A stretch of 64,000 bases of DNA from an uncultured Eubacteriales bacterium (GTDB lineage Bacteria; Bacillota; Clostridia; Oscillospirales; CAG-272), in assembly GCA_934433485.1 (NCBI GenBank), contig CAKRZR010000004.1, forward strand, positions 68,913 through 132,912, given 5' to 3'. Shown one piece after another: positions 7,706-18,984 of this stretch. Positions within the stretch are counted from its first letter, which is position 1, and each line of letters opens with the position of its first letter. The notes under the pieces were generated by a model. That model saw nothing but the letters and a program-made list of their open reading frames with translations, had not been told where the DNA came from and did no database searches. A program made the translations under genes and the position numbers.

Positions 7706-9994
7706 ATGGTGAATTTACTCATTCTGGAATCGCCTACCAAGGCAAGCACGATAAAAGGATATTTGGGCTCCAGCTATAAGGTGGTGGCGTGCAAAGGGCA
7801 TGTGCGCGATCTGCCGAAATCGACGCTGGGGATTGACATAGACAACCATTTTGAGGCGCACTATATCAACATTCGCGGCAAGGGCGAGCTGATCCGCGAA
7901 CTGAAAAAGGAAGTCAAAAAAGCGGACCGCGTCTTTCTCGCAACGGACCCTGACCGCGAGGGCGAAGCGATTTCGTGGCACCTTGTCACCGCGCTTGACA
8001 TCCCGGAAAATAAAGCGCAGCGGATCACCTTCAACGAGGTCACGAAAACTGCTGTCAAGGAAGCAATTAAAAAGCCGCGCGCCATCGACATGGATCTCGT
8101 AAACGCGCAGCAGACGCGCCGGATCCTCGACCGCATCGTCGGCTATAAGGTCAGCCCGTTTTTATGGAAAACGGTCAAGAGCGGTCTGTCCGCCGGACGC
8201 GTGCAGTCTGTAGCGACCCGGATCATCGTGGAACGGGAAAATGAGATCCGCGCGTTCGTGCCGACGGAATATTGGACGATTGAAGCGGATCTGGAAACGC
8301 CGGAAAAAAAGCTGCTCGGCACAAAATTCTTCGGCATGGCGGAAACCGGTACAAAGCTGGAGCTGCCGGATGAAGCGCACACCATGGAGGTCGTAAACGC
8401 AGTTACGGGAAAGCCATTCACGGTGCGTGAAATCAAAAAAGGAAAGAAAACAAAGAATCCCGCGCCGCCGTTCACCACCTCGACCTTGCAGCAGGAGGCG
8501 TCCCGTAAGCTCAATTTCCAGTCGCAGCGCACGATGAAGGTCGCGCAGGAGCTGTACGAAGGCATCAATCTCGGCAGTGAGTTTGGCGGCGTACAGGGTT
8601 TGATCACCTATATGCGTACCGACTCGCTCCGGATCGCCGATGAAGCCAGAGACGCCGCGCGCGATTATATCCGCGAAAAGTACGGCGAGGACTATTGTGC
8701 CTCCAAGCCGCGCGTATACAAAGCGAAGGCAAACGCGCAGGACGCACACGAAGCCATCCGCCCGTCCGGCACCAAGCTGGAACCCACGCTCATCAAGAAG
8801 GCACTGACATCCGACCAGTATCGGCTCTACAAGCTCATCTGGGATCGTTTTATCGCAAGCCAAATGGAGTCCGCGGAGCTTGCTACCATGCAGATTGATC
8901 TTGTGAACGGACCGTATCTCTTCCGCACAAATGGTCATACCGTAACCTTCCCCGGCTATATGGCAGTGTATGAAGAAGCGACCGACGATAAATCGGACGA
9001 TGACGAGGCAAAGGCGCTGCCGGTGCTGCACGAGGGCGACATTCTGGAAGCCAGGGAAATCCACCCGGATCAGCATTTCACCGAGCCGCCGGCAAGATAT
9101 ACCGAAGCAACGCTCATCAAATTCCTGGAGGATAAGGGCATCGGCAGACCGAGTACGTATACGCCGATTATCACGATCATCCTGCAGCGCGGTTACGTCA
9201 AACGCGAGGGGAAATCGCTTGTGCCGACACAGCTTGGCGAGGTGATTACAAAGATTATGTGCGAACAGTTCCCGGATATCGTGGACTACGCGTTCACGGC
9301 GTCGATGGAAACCCAGCTGGACGAGGTGGAAAACGGTGAATGCACCATGCTCTCCGTGCTGGATCATTTTTACAGCATTTTCAAAAAAGAGCTGGACGCC
9401 GCGATGGAGAACGTATCCAAGGAGAACGTCGAGGTGCCGGAGGAGGAAACGGATATCATCTGCGAGCATTGCGGCGCACGGATGATTGTAAAAAACGGCA
9501 GATTCGGTAAATTCGCCGCGTGCCCGAACTATCCGGCGTGCAAAAACACAAAGCCTCTGACAAGACAGGGTGATGGTCTCATTGAGAAAAAGCCGGAGAT
9601 CGCGCCTATGAAATGCGAGCTGTGCGGCGCGGACATGATCCTGCGCAACGGACGCTATGGCAGCTTCTATGCATGCTCGCGGTATCCGGAATGCAAATTC
9701 ACCAAACAAAAGGTGCGCGAGCTGGGCGTAAAATGCCCGGAATGCGGTGCGGAGCTCGTCACAAAATACGGCAAGAACCGTACAGTGTTCTACAGCTGCT
9801 CCCGGTATCCCGATTGCAAATTCTCGTCGTGGGACATTCCGACCAACGAAAAATGTCCGAAATGCGGCGGAATGCTCATGAAGAAAAAAGGCAAGAATCT
9901 GCTCGTCTGCCGCAACCCGGAATGCGATTATCGCACGGAGGCGCCGCAGGAGGATGAGCAAAGCATCACGCCAAACGACGGTGGCGCGGAATGA
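7706..9994 (+). CDS. topA: DNA topoisomerase I with C-terminal CxxC zinc-ribbon repeats
   Basis: MVNLLILESPTKASTIKGYLG.., a Toprim and catalytic core, and four C4 zinc ribbons at the C-terminus. The start at 7706 has an AGGAAAG RBS; the ORF-track start at 7646 is an upstream in-frame ATG with no RBS. Confidence 0.92.
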   Translation: MVNLLILESPTKASTIKGYLGSSYKVVACKGHVRDLPKSTLGIDIDNHFEAHYINIRGKGELIRELKKEVKKADRVFLATDPDREGEAISWHLVTALDIPENKAQRITFNEVTKTAVKEAIKKPRAIDMDLVNAQQTRRILDRIVGYKVSPFLWKTVKSGLSAGRVQSVATRIIVERENEIRAFVPTEYWTIEADLETPEKKLLGTKFFGMAETGTKLELPDEAHTMEVVNAVTGKPFTVREIKKGKKTKNPAPPFTTSTLQQEASRKLNFQSQRTMKVAQELYEGINLGSEFGGVQGLITYMRTDSLRIADEARDAARDYIREKYGEDYCASKPRVYKAKANAQDAHEAIRPSGTKLEPTLIKKALTSDQYRLYKLIWDRFIASQMESAELATMQIDLVNGPYLFRTNGHTVTFPGYMAVYEEATDDKSDDDEAKALPVLHEGDILEAREIHPDQHFTEPPARYTEATLIKFLEDKGIGRPSTYTPIITIILQRGYVKREGKSLVPTQLGEVITKIMCEQFPDIVDYAFTASMETQLDEVENGECTMLSVLDHFYSIFKKELDAAMENVSKENVEVPEEETDIICEHCGARMIVKNGRFGKFAACPNYPACKNTKPLTRQGDGLIEKKPEIAPMKCELCGADMILRNGRYGSFYACSRYPECKFTKQKVRELGVKCPECGAELVTKYGKNRTVFYSCSRYPDCKFSSWDIPTNEKCPKCGGMLMKKKGKNLLVCRNPECDYRTEAPQEDEQSITPNDGGAE

Positions 9995-10036
9995 TCCATG
10001 AAAATTGATCCCGAACGTGGGAAAAGTTGAGGTTAT

Positions 10037-11398
10037 ATGAGAGCGATCCAGATCTATGGCGCAGGACTCGCCGGCTGTGAAGCCGCATGGCAGGCAGCGC
10101 AGCGCGGTGTTCCCGTGTGGTTATACGAGATGAAGCCAAAGAAAAAAACGCCGGCGCACCATGCCGATACCTTCGCGGAGCTCGTCTGCTCCAATTCTCT
10201 CCGTTCCGCGGAATTTACAAACGCCGCAGGACTTCTGAAGGAAGAAATGCGCAGACTCGGCTCTCTGATCATGGAAGCGTGCGGGGAAACAGGCGTGTCG
10301 GCAGGGGGTGCTGTCGCGGTGGACAGAGAGCTTTTCTCCGGATACATCACCGATAAGATCCGTTCTCATCCGAATATCACTGTGTTCGAGGAAGAGAGGA
10401 CGGAGATACCGGAGGACGAGATCACCGTCGTCGCAACCGGACCGTTGACCTCTAACGCGCTGGCGGAGACGATCCGCATACGTACCGGCGGCAAACGACT
10501 TTCGTTCTATGACGCGGCGGCGCCGATTGTGGACTATGATTCCATCGATATGGATAAGGCATTTTTTGCGACGCGGTACGACAAAGGTGAGCCTGATTAC
10601 ATCAACTGCCCGATGACGGAAGCGGAGTATAAATCGTTCTATGAGGCACTGCGGACAGCGGAAGTGGCACAGTTGCATGATTTTGACAGTCCAGACGCGC
10701 CGTCAAACGATAAGCTGACCGTGTTCGAGGGCTGCATGCCTGTCGAGGTCATGGCGGCGCGTGGAGAAGATACGCTGCGTTATGGTCCGATGAAGCCGGT
10801 TGGGATCCGCAATCCGAAAACCGGCGAGGAGTATTACGCCATCGTGCAGCTCCGAAGAGAAAACGCCCGCGGCAGTATGTTCAATATGGTGGGATTCCAG
10901 ACACACCTTACCTTCCCGGAGCAACGGCGCGTCTTTCATATGATTCCCGGTCTGGAAAACGCGGCGTTTCTGCGCTACGGCGTGATGCATCGAAACACGT
11001 TTTTGTCCTCTCCGGATCTTCTCGACGCAGATTATTCGCTCAGAGACAACCACAATATCTATTTCGCCGGTCAGATGACCGGTGTGGAGGGATATATCGA
11101 ATCCGCCGCATCCGGCTTTGTCGCGGGACTCAACGCAGCCTACCGCGCGATGGGCAGGGAGAGCTACCTCTTCCCGGAGGAAACCATGATCGGCGCGATG
11201 GCGTGGTACATAGCGCATGGCGATCAGACGCAGTTCCAGCCGATGAACGCCAATTTCGGTATCATCGCGCCGCTTGCAGCGAAGGTCCGCGGCGGGAAAC
11301 GGGCAATCAAGGAAGCGTATGCTGCGCGCGCACTTGCAAGGACAGACGAAATCGCGGCGGAATTCAGAAAGGAGCGGGAGCATGAAGATCATCATTGA
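10037..11398 (+). CDS. trmFO: Methylenetetrahydrofolate--tRNA-(uracil-5-)-methyltransferase TrmFO
   Basis: [34 protein letters not shown].. and the conserved dprA-topA-trmFO synteny. Confidence 0.92.
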   Translation: MRAIQIYGAGLAGCEAAWQAAQRGVPVWLYEMKPKKKTPAHHADTFAELVCSNSLRSAEFTNAAGLLKEEMRRLGSLIMEACGETGVSAGGAVAVDRELFSGYITDKIRSHPNITVFEEERTEIPEDEITVVATGPLTSNALAETIRIRTGGKRLSFYDAAAPIVDYDSIDMDKAFFATRYDKGEPDYINCPMTEAEYKSFYEALRTAEVAQLHDFDSPDAPSNDKLTVFEGCMPVEVMAARGEDTLRYGPMKPVGIRNPKTGEEYYAIVQLRRENARGSMFNMVGFQTHLTFPEQRRVFHMIPGLENAAFLRYGVMHRNTFLSSPDLLDADYSLRDNHNIYFAGQMTGVEGYIESAASGFVAGLNAAYRAMGRESYLFPEETMIGAMAWYIAHGDQTQFQPMNANFGIIAPLAAKVRGGKRAIKEAYAARALARTDEIAAEFRKEREHEDHH

Positions 11399-12461
11399 CG
11401 CAATGGGTGGAGACAATGCACCGGAAGCGGTGGTGCAAGGCTGTGTGGACAGCGCGCGTCGGTCGGATGTGACGCTCGTGCTGGTGGGAAACAAGCCGCG
11501 CATCGAGAGCTGTCTCCGTGCCGCCAACGCACCGCTGCGTCTTTGCGAGATCGTGCATACAGACGACGTGATCTCCATGGAGGACGATCCTATGTCCATC
11601 CTGCGCGCACACCGCGACTGTTCCATGGCGCAGGGACTGCGACTGCTTAAGGAGGATGGCGACGCGTTCATTACGGCAGGCAGTACCGGCGCGCTTCATG
11701 TCGGCTCCTCGCTCATCATTCGTCCGTGTCGCGGCGTCATGCGTTCCGGTATCGCCACGATCCTGCCGTTTGCCAAGCCGATGATGCTTTTGGATTCCGG
11801 CGCGAACGTCACGGTGACCGCGGACTATCTCGAACAGTGGGCGATCATGGGCGGCATCTACATGAAAAGCGTGCTGCATGTGGCAGAGCCGACGGTTGGA
11901 CTGCTGAACAATGGCACAGAACCGTGTAAGGGAACGCAGATGCATGTGGACGCATACGAGCGGCTGTCGAAAAATCCGGCGATCCGCTTCGTTGGCAATG
12001 TGGAAGCACGCGAACTGCCGAACGCACCATGCGATGTGCTCGTGACCGATGGATTCACCGGCAACATTGTCCTGAAGCTGACCGAGGGCATGGCGAAATT
12101 CTTTTTCGGCGCGCTCAAGGACGTATACACTAAGAATACAGTGACAAAAATGTCGTTTCTTATGATCAAGGACTCCCTGCGCGGCATGAAGTCAAGCTTT
12201 GACGCGTCGGCGTATGGCGGAGCACCGCTGCTCGGACTGCGCAAGCCGGTTATAAAAGCACACGGCAGCTCCGATGCGCGCGCGATTGCCAGTGCGATCC
12301 GACAGGCGGAAGCGTTCGTCCAGACCGGCGTGATCGCGGAAATGGAAGCGCAGATGGAGAAGTATATCGGAACCAGAAAACCGCGTACCGAGAGGGATAG
12401 CGGAGATACGACAAATCCGCAGCGTGAGACTGTCCCGGAGTCAAAAACAACCGTGGAATAA
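11382..12461 (+). CDS. plsX: Phosphate acyltransferase PlsX
   Basis: [20 protein letters not shown].. The start at 11382 overlaps the trmFO 3' end by 17 nt, and the GGAGCGGGAG RBS lies inside trmFO. The ORF-track start at 11274 is the read-through frame. Confidence 0.88.
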   Translation: MKIIIDAMGGDNAPEAVVQGCVDSARRSDVTLVLVGNKPRIESCLRAANAPLRLCEIVHTDDVISMEDDPMSILRAHRDCSMAQGLRLLKEDGDAFITAGSTGALHVGSSLIIRPCRGVMRSGIATILPFAKPMMLLDSGANVTVTADYLEQWAIMGGIYMKSVLHVAEPTVGLLNNGTEPCKGTQMHVDAYERLSKNPAIRFVGNVEARELPNAPCDVLVTDGFTGNIVLKLTEGMAKFFFGALKDVYTKNTVTKMSFLMIKDSLRGMKSSFDASAYGGAPLLGLRKPVIKAHGSSDARAIASAIRQAEAFVQTGVIAEMEAQMEKYIGTRKPRTERDSGDTTNPQRETVPESKTTVE

Positions 12462-12496
12462 CAGCGGGGAGAACGAGTACAGGAAAGAGACAAAAT

Positions 12497-13216
12497 ATGG
12501 AAATCAAAGAACAGCCCCAGAGCGGACTGGAAAAAAATATCGGTTATACCTTCAAGAATCCGGCACTACTGAAAGAGGCGCTGACGCATTCTTCCTATTC
12601 CAATGAAAAAAAGTCGCGCGGGATCACGATCCCCTGCAATGAGCGGCTGGAGTTTCTCGGCGACTCTGTGTTGTCTATCGTGGTGTCGAGCTTTCTGTTC
12701 GATGAATATAAGGACATCCAGGAGGGCGCGCTCACAAAGATCCGTGCCGCCGTCGTGTGCGAAAAAGCGCTGAGCAAATTCGCGAAGAAGATCCACCTTG
12801 GCGACTTCATCTTTCTCGGTCACGGCGAAGCGTTGAACGACGGCAGAAACCGTCCATCCATCCTTGCTGATACCTTTGAAGCCGTCCTTGCCGCTATGTA
12901 TTTGGATTCTGGCGAGCATTTCAACGTCGTCACACCGTATCTTCTTCCGTTTGTGAAGGAGGAGCTTGCCTATATCGAGGAAAACAGCGTTTTTGTCGAC
13001 TACAAGACCACATTACAGCAAATCGTCCAGCAGGTAGAGGGGGAACGGCTCGAATACGTGCTGGTTTCGGAGTCCGGACCGGATCACAACAAGCTCTTTG
13101 AGGTCGAGGCACGCTTAAACAGCAATGTGATCGGCAGGGGAAAAGCGCACGCGAAACGGGAGGCGGAACAGCTTGCCGCCAAGGAAGCTCTGGTGCTCTT
13201 CGGCGAAAAGGCATAA
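12497..13216 (+). CDS. rnc: Ribonuclease III
   Basis: Signature ERLEFLGDSVL and a C-terminal dsRBD. Confidence 0.92.
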   Translation: MEIKEQPQSGLEKNIGYTFKNPALLKEALTHSSYSNEKKSRGITIPCNERLEFLGDSVLSIVVSSFLFDEYKDIQEGALTKIRAAVVCEKALSKFAKKIHLGDFIFLGHGEALNDGRNRPSILADTFEAVLAAMYLDSGEHFNVVTPYLLPFVKEELAYIEENSVFVDYKTTLQQIVQQVEGERLEYVLVSESGPDHNKLFEVEARLNSNVIGRGKAHAKREAEQLAAKEALVLFGEKA

Positions 13217-13231
13217 TCTGCCTGAAGGTGT

Positions 13232-14245
13232 ATGAAAAAGCACGCGAATATCCCCTTATTTATACCACACCTTGGCTGCCCGAATCGGTGTGTGTTCTGC
13301 AATCAGCACACGATCTCGGGCACCGTTTGTTTTCGGAAGGAGTCCGTATGTACACAGATTGAGACGGCGCTTGCGACCATTCCGCGGGACATGCCGTGTG
13401 AGATCGCGTTTTTCGGCGGCTCATTCACCGGCATTGACCGGGATTTGATGGTGTACCTGCTCAATCTCGCCACTTCCTACGTGTACGCAGGCAGAGTGCG
13501 GGCTATTCGTTTTTCCACCAGACCCGATTACATCACGCCGGAGATCGTCCGGATTCTCGCGCGTTACCCGATTGGCATGGCAGAGCTTGGCATTCAGAGT
13601 ATGTCCGACAGGGTGCTTGCCGCCTGCGACCGTGGTCATACCGCCGCGGACACCGTGACCGCCTGCGGCCTGCTGCGCGATGCCGGGATTCCTTATGGCG
13701 GACAGATGATGCTCGGATTGCCGGAATCCACCGCAGAGGATGAGAGAGAATGCGCCGCTGCCATCGCCGCGCTTGGCTGTACGGAGTCCAGGATCTATCC
13801 GACGATTGTGTTCCGCGATACGCCGCTTGCCGCGCTGTGGGAGGGTGGCATGTATCGTCCGCTGTCCCTCGAGGAAGCTGTGGAACGCGCTGCCGATGCG
13901 GAAGAAATATTCCACACAAATGGGGTACGTACCCTGCGAATCGGTCTGTGCGACAGCGAAAACCTGCATGGCGTCGATTGCCTCGCGGGACCCGTGCATC
14001 CGGCAATGGGGGAATTGGTCGCCAGCCGCATCTACCTGCACAGGATCGAGGACGCGTTGGAGCGTCTGCCGCATGGCATTCCGGAAAAAGTGACCGTTGT
14101 GGTGCCAAAAGGCGATATTTCCATGGTGGTCGGACAGAAAAAAGCGAATACACTGCGAATAAAAAATAAATATAATGTAAAATCCTTGCATTTCCTTGAA
14201 AATCCGGCTCTGATCCGGTATAATATACTATTAGGAAGCCTCTGA
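13232..14245 (+). CDS. Radical SAM protein (Elp3/TIGR01212-like) conserved between rnc and smc
   Basis: IPLFIPHLGCPNRCVFCNQ carries the CxxxCxxC cluster motif. Confidence 0.8.
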   Translation: MKKHANIPLFIPHLGCPNRCVFCNQHTISGTVCFRKESVCTQIETALATIPRDMPCEIAFFGGSFTGIDRDLMVYLLNLATSYVYAGRVRAIRFSTRPDYITPEIVRILARYPIGMAELGIQSMSDRVLAACDRGHTAADTVTACGLLRDAGIPYGGQMMLGLPESTAEDERECAAAIAALGCTESRIYPTIVFRDTPLAALWEGGMYRPLSLEEAVERAADAEEIFHTNGVRTLRIGLCDSENLHGVDCLAGPVHPAMGELVASRIYLHRIEDALERLPHGIPEKVTVVVPKGDISMVVGQKKANTLRIKNKYNVKSLHFLENPALIRYNILLGSL

Positions 14246-14355
14246 TCTAAGGTTATTTTTGCGATAAACGTCCCTATGTCTTAGCCTTTTGTCGCAAAAA
14301 TCCGATTCATTCAGAGTTTCCTTAGAAAATTTTGCGTAAACGGGAGGATACCGCC

Positions 14356-17300
14356 TTGTACTTAAAATCCCTCGCGCTGCACGGGTTCAAGTCCTTCCCG
14401 GATAAGACCGTTCTGCAATTCCACGACGGCGCGACCGTCATTGTAGGACCGAACGGCAGCGGCAAATCGAATATCACGGACGCCATGCGCTGGGTTCTCG
14501 GCGAGTTGTCCACCAAAAATATCCGCGGCAGCAAGATGGAGGACGTCGTGTTTGCCGGCGCGGACGGAAAAAAGCCGATGAGCTTCGCCGAGGTTTCCGT
14601 GACCTTTGACGACAGCGCGGAGCCGCATGTTCTGAACGCCGGCTACGATGAGGTAACGGTAACCAGACGCTACTACCGTTCCGGCGACAGCGAATACGCG
14701 ATCAACAATAAAAAAGCCCGTCTGCGCGACATATACGAGCTGTTTATGAATACCGGTATCGGCAGAGAGGGCTACTCCATCATCGGACAGGGAAAGATCG
14801 CCGAGATCATTTCCAAGAAGAGCGAGGAGCGGCGAAGTGCCTTTGAGGAAAGCGCGGGAATCAGCAAATATCGGTACAAAAAGAGCGAATCCGAGAAAAA
14901 GCTCGCCGAAACGATAGCAAATATGGAGCGTATCGGCGACATTGAGAGAGAACTCGAGGCAAGAGTCGGACCGCTGGAAAAGGACGCCGCGCGCGCAAGA
15001 CGGTATCTTGAACTGTACGAATCGAAAAAGAAAACGGACATTTCGCTCTGGCTCTACGACGGACAGATTGCCGCCGCGCAGATAGAAAAAACCGAGGGAG
15101 ATGTACGGCTGTCCGCGCATGAATTGGAAATGGCGGAGGATTCCCGCGCACAGACGGAGGAAAAGATCACCCGACTGTACGACCAATCGCACGACAACAA
15201 AGCGCTCTCTCAGAAGAACTACGAGACGCTGACCGAAAAGAGTACGAAAAAAAGCGCCTTAGAGGGCGAATTGCAGGTCGCGGATACCGAAATCCGCCAC
15301 AGAGAGGACAAGATCCGCGGGGAAGAGGTCGCGCTGCAAAACGCCGAAGCAGAGATTGCACAGCTCTCTCGTGAAAAGGACAAGCTGTCCGATGCCGTAC
15401 AGGTGTTGGAGCGTACTGTGCAGGATGGAGAACGCGAGATCGCGGATACGGAAAGAGAACTGCTGCGTGCGAAGAATAACCGTCAGTCCTGTCACGACGA
15501 GAGCGAAACGCTGTTCCAGAGACAAAAGGAGCTGGACGCGGAGAATACCGACCTGCGTGTGCGGCTCAACGTGCTCCGACAGGCAGTGGCTTCACAAGCC
15601 GAGCGGCGGGAGACCATCAGTGCGGAGATTGCAAAGTATCGTGCGCAAACTGCGGAGGCACAGACCGTCGTGGACGCATGCGACAAAACGATCGCGCAGT
15701 ATCGGGAGAGACTCGACAGGCAGAGCGCCGAAAAAGCCGCGCAGACCGAGGTCATCCGCCAATTGGACGCGGATATGGAGACCTTGAACGGGGAGATCCG
15801 CCATCTGCTGGGAGAACAGGAAGCACTCGAAAGCCGGATTCAGGCACTCCGCCGTATGCAGGAGCATTTTGACGGCTACAACACCTCTATCCGGCACGTC
15901 ATGCAGGAAGCAAACGCAGGCAGACTGCGCGGTATCCACGGTCCGGTGTCTGCGCTGATCAAAGTGGATCCGCGCTATGTCATCGCCATTGAAACCGCAC
16001 TCGGCGGCGCGCTGCAGAACATCATCACCTCCGATGAAAACGACGCGAAGACCGCCATCGCCGCGCTGAAAAGAGCGAACGCCGGGCGCGCCACGTTTTA
16101 TCCGATCACCACGATCCGACCAATGGAACGCGGCAGGGAATACGACGGCATGGAGCGTTTCGGCGGATTTGTCGGGTACGCCGACGCGCTGGTGGACACC
16201 GATCCACGCTACCGCAACATCATTCGTTCCCTCCTCGCACGCTGTGCCGTGTTCACCGATCTCGACCACGCGACGGTCATGGCACGGGAAAAGGGCTGGA
16301 AGGTGCGCGCCGTCACGCTGGACGGTCAGGTTATCAACGCCGGCGGTTCCATGACAGGCGGTCAGGCAAAGCGAGAAAGCGGCATCCTGACCCGTTCGGC
16401 ACAGATCGACACTTGGGAGAACGAAAAATCCCGGATCGAGGCGTCCCTACAGGCGAAAAACAACGCGCTCGCGGATAAGACTGCCGAACGGGAGAAACAG
16501 CTTGCGGCGGACAAATCCAATGCTGGCGAAGAGGAAATGCTGAAAACGCTTCTGCATGCTGAGGAAAACCACCGCAGCGAAGCGCTCACCAAGCGGGATT
16601 TCGCAAAAAATCTGCTGGACGGCTTCCTCACGGACAACGAGACGTTGGAAAAAACGAACGAAAGAAGCGCCGGAGACATCGCGTCATTGGAGGAAAAAGC
16701 GCAAAAGCTCACAAAATCCATTGCCGAGATACAGCGACAGCGTACAGAATTGTCTGCGGAAGAGGATGAATGGGAAGAAAAGCAGTCCGCACTGCAGGAG
16801 ACTGTGCAGGAAAAGCGAATCCACGTCGCGGAATCGGCGCGCGATCTTGAGAACAATCGGTCGCGTCTTGCGGAATGGAAGGAACGCATCGAACGGCATG
16901 CTGCACAGATGCAGGAGAGCCAAAGCGGCAAAGAGACTGCACAGACAGAGATCACCGCGCTGACGGAGAAGAAAACACAAACCAAAGCGTTGATTGCCGC
17001 ATTGGAGACGGAGATTACGGCATTGCAGCAGACGGCGGCGCAGCTGCACGATCGCGGAGAAGCATTGGACAGCGAGCTATCCACGCTGCAAACGCGTCTC
17101 AAGGAGCAGACGGCGAAAAAGGATCTTCTCACTACGGCGCACAACAAAAACGAGAATCGCCTTTCTGCGCTGCGCACAGAATATGACAAGCTCATCTCCA
17201 AATTGTGGGACGAATATGAGCTGTCCTACGCGGCTGCTGGCGAATATCTCACGGAATCCGGCACAAAGGTTGTGGAATCCGGAGAGAGAAGCGCGGCAAT

Positions 17301-17973
17301 CGCGCGGCAGACCACGCTGCGCAACGAGATCCGTTCGCTCGGGCATGTGAACGTCGCTGCCATCGATGAATATGCCGAGGTGCGTAGCCGTTACGATTAC
17401 ATCAAGGGACAAATGGACGATCTGACCGCGGCGAAGACGGAGCTGGACTCTATACTGGCGAAGATGGAAAAGGAGATGAAAGCGATTTTCGTCGACGCGT
17501 TTTCCAGAATCAACCAGTATTTCGGCGAGGTGTTTACGGAGCTGTTCGGCGGCGGTCACGCGGAAGTCGTGCTATCCGATCCGGAGGATCCGCTGAACTG
17601 TGGGATTGAAATCAACGCGGCGCCGCCCGGCAAAACGATCAAAAATCTGAATCTGCTCTCCGGTGGGGAACAGGCATTCATCGCCATCGCTCTCTTATTC
17701 GCGCTCATTCGCGTGAATCCGTCGCCGTTCTGCATCTTTGACGAGATTGAAGCGGCGCTGGACGAAGCAAACGTGGCGCGCGTGGGCAGATACGTGAAGA
17801 AGTACACAAAGGAAATGCAGATCATCATGATTTCGCACCGGCGCGGTACCATGGACATCGCGGACACCCTGTACGGCGTGACCATGCCGCAAAGCGGAGT
17901 TTCACGCGTGTTCACCCTGGATTCCAGCGACCGCAGAGCACCGGATGAGCTGACTGCGGAGAAAAAAGCATAA
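14356..17973 (+). CDS. smc: Chromosome partition protein Smc, TTG start
   Basis: LYLKSLALHGFKSF..GPNGSGKSN with Walker A, long coiled coils, a hinge and a C-terminal LSGGE signature. TTG at 14356 sits 7 nt after a GGGAGGA RBS; the upstream ATG at 14332 has no RBS. Confidence 0.9.
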   Translation: MYLKSLALHGFKSFPDKTVLQFHDGATVIVGPNGSGKSNITDAMRWVLGELSTKNIRGSKMEDVVFAGADGKKPMSFAEVSVTFDDSAEPHVLNAGYDEVTVTRRYYRSGDSEYAINNKKARLRDIYELFMNTGIGREGYSIIGQGKIAEIISKKSEERRSAFEESAGISKYRYKKSESEKKLAETIANMERIGDIERELEARVGPLEKDAARARRYLELYESKKKTDISLWLYDGQIAAAQIEKTEGDVRLSAHELEMAEDSRAQTEEKITRLYDQSHDNKALSQKNYETLTEKSTKKSALEGELQVADTEIRHREDKIRGEEVALQNAEAEIAQLSREKDKLSDAVQVLERTVQDGEREIADTERELLRAKNNRQSCHDESETLFQRQKELDAENTDLRVRLNVLRQAVASQAERRETISAEIAKYRAQTAEAQTVVDACDKTIAQYRERLDRQSAEKAAQTEVIRQLDADMETLNGEIRHLLGEQEALESRIQALRRMQEHFDGYNTSIRHVMQEANAGRLRGIHGPVSALIKVDPRYVIAIETALGGALQNIITSDENDAKTAIAALKRANAGRATFYPITTIRPMERGREYDGMERFGGFVGYADALVDTDPRYRNIIRSLLARCAVFTDLDHATVMAREKGWKVRAVTLDGQVINAGGSMTGGQAKRESGILTRSAQIDTWENEKSRIEASLQAKNNALADKTAEREKQLAADKSNAGEEEMLKTLLHAEENHRSEALTKRDFAKNLLDGFLTDNETLEKTNERSAGDIASLEEKAQKLTKSIAEIQRQRTELSAEEDEWEEKQSALQETVQEKRIHVAESARDLENNRSRLAEWKERIERHAAQMQESQSGKETAQTEITALTEKKTQTKALIAALETEITALQQTAAQLHDRGEALDSELSTLQTRLKEQTAKKDLLTTAHNKNENRLSALRTEYDKLISKLWDEYELSYAAAGEYLTESGTKVVESGERSAAIARQTTLRNEIRSLGHVNVAAIDEYAEVRSRYDYIKGQMDDLTAAKTELDSILAKMEKEMKAIFVDAFSRINQYFGEVFTELFGGGHAEVVLSDPEDPLNCGIEINAAPPGKTIKNLNLLSGGEQAFIAIALLFALIRVNPSPFCIFDEIEAALDEANVARVGRYVKKYTKEMQIIMISHRRGTMDIADTLYGVTMPQSGVSRVFTLDSSDRRAPDELTAEKKA

Positions 17974-18000
17974 TACATAAGGATAGAAAGGAATCGGACG

Positions 18001-18984
18001 ATGGGATTCTTTGATAAACTGAAAGAGGGACTTATCAAAACAAAAAACGCCGTGTTCGGTCAGGTCAACGAGGTGGTGAAGTCGTTCCGCAAGGTGGACG
18101 AGGAGCTGCTGGAGGAGCTGGAGGAGATCATGATCTGCGGCGATATGGGAGCTGCCACAACGGAGCGGATCATGGACGAGCTGCGCGATCGGGTGAAATC
18201 CGAGCGGATCAAGGACGCGGACGATGTGAAGTCCGCGCTTGCCGAGATCCTGCGCGGGATGGTCGGTGAGGGAGAACCGCTTCATCTCAACACCCAGCCG
18301 TCCGTGATCCTCGTGATTGGCGTAAACGGGGTTGGCAAAACGACTTCCATCGGCAAAATCGCACACTTTCTCAAAAATGATGGTAAAAAGGTCGTCGTGG
18401 CGGCGGCGGATACGTTCCGGGCGGCGGCGATTGAACAGCTTGCCGTGTGGTGCGACCGCGCCGGTGTGGAATTGGTACGACAGAACGAGGGCGCGGATCC
18501 GGCGTCCGTTGTCTTTGATGCGATCGCTGTGACGAACAAGCGAAAGGCAGACGTGCTCATCATCGATACTGCCGGACGACTGCACAACAAGGTAGGTCTG
18601 ATGGATGAGCTTGCCAAAATCAACCGGATCATCAGCCGCGAATTGCCGAACGCCGACCGGGAAACGCTCCTTGTGTTGGACGCGACCACCGGTCAGAACG
18701 CCGTGATGCAGGCGAAAAAATTCAAAGAAGCCGCGGATATTACGGGACTTGTCCTCACCAAGCTCGACGGTACGGCAAAGGGCGGCGCGATCTTCTCCAT
18801 CAAGGACGAGGTCGATCTGCCGGTCAAATTCATCGGCGTAGGCGAACAAATCGACGATATGCAGCCGTTTGACGCGAAAATGTTCACAGACGCGCTGCTG
18901 ACGGAGGATGAGCGCGTACATACCGTGCTGCAAGGCGACAAGAATAACGAGGAAGACAGCAAGAATGACGGGGAGGACGCATGA
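18001..18984 (+). CDS. ftsY: Signal recognition particle receptor FtsY
   Basis: SRP GTPase motifs (GVNGVGKTT, DTAGR, TKLDG); smc-ftsY synteny. Confidence 0.92.
   Translation: MGFFDKLKEGLIKTKNAVFGQVNEVVKSFRKVDEELLEELEEIMICGDMGAATTERIMDELRDRVKSERIKDADDVKSALAEILRGMVGEGEPLHLNTQPSVILVIGVNGVGKTTSIGKIAHFLKNDGKKVVVAAADTFRAAAIEQLAVWCDRAGVELVRQNEGADPASVVFDAIAVTNKRKADVLIIDTAGRLHNKVGLMDELAKINRIISRELPNADRETLLVLDATTGQNAVMQAKKFKEAADITGLVLTKLDGTAKGGAIFSIKDEVDLPVKFIGVGEQIDDMQPFDAKMFTDALLTEDERVHTVLQGDKNNEEDSKNDGEDA

Noticed and set aside
8162-9961. 599-aa ORF antisense to topA. The same pattern applies to 10703-11671 (antisense to trmFO), 16362-17201 (antisense to smc), 24433-25761 (antisense to leuS), 32866-33885 (antisense to the ARH) and 40137-41957 (606 aa, antisense to the GRE).
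   Set aside because: High-GC genomes generate long stop-free antisense frames. The sense strands encode unmistakable conserved proteins, and the antisense translations are Arg/Ala/Gly-rich with no motifs and no RBS.
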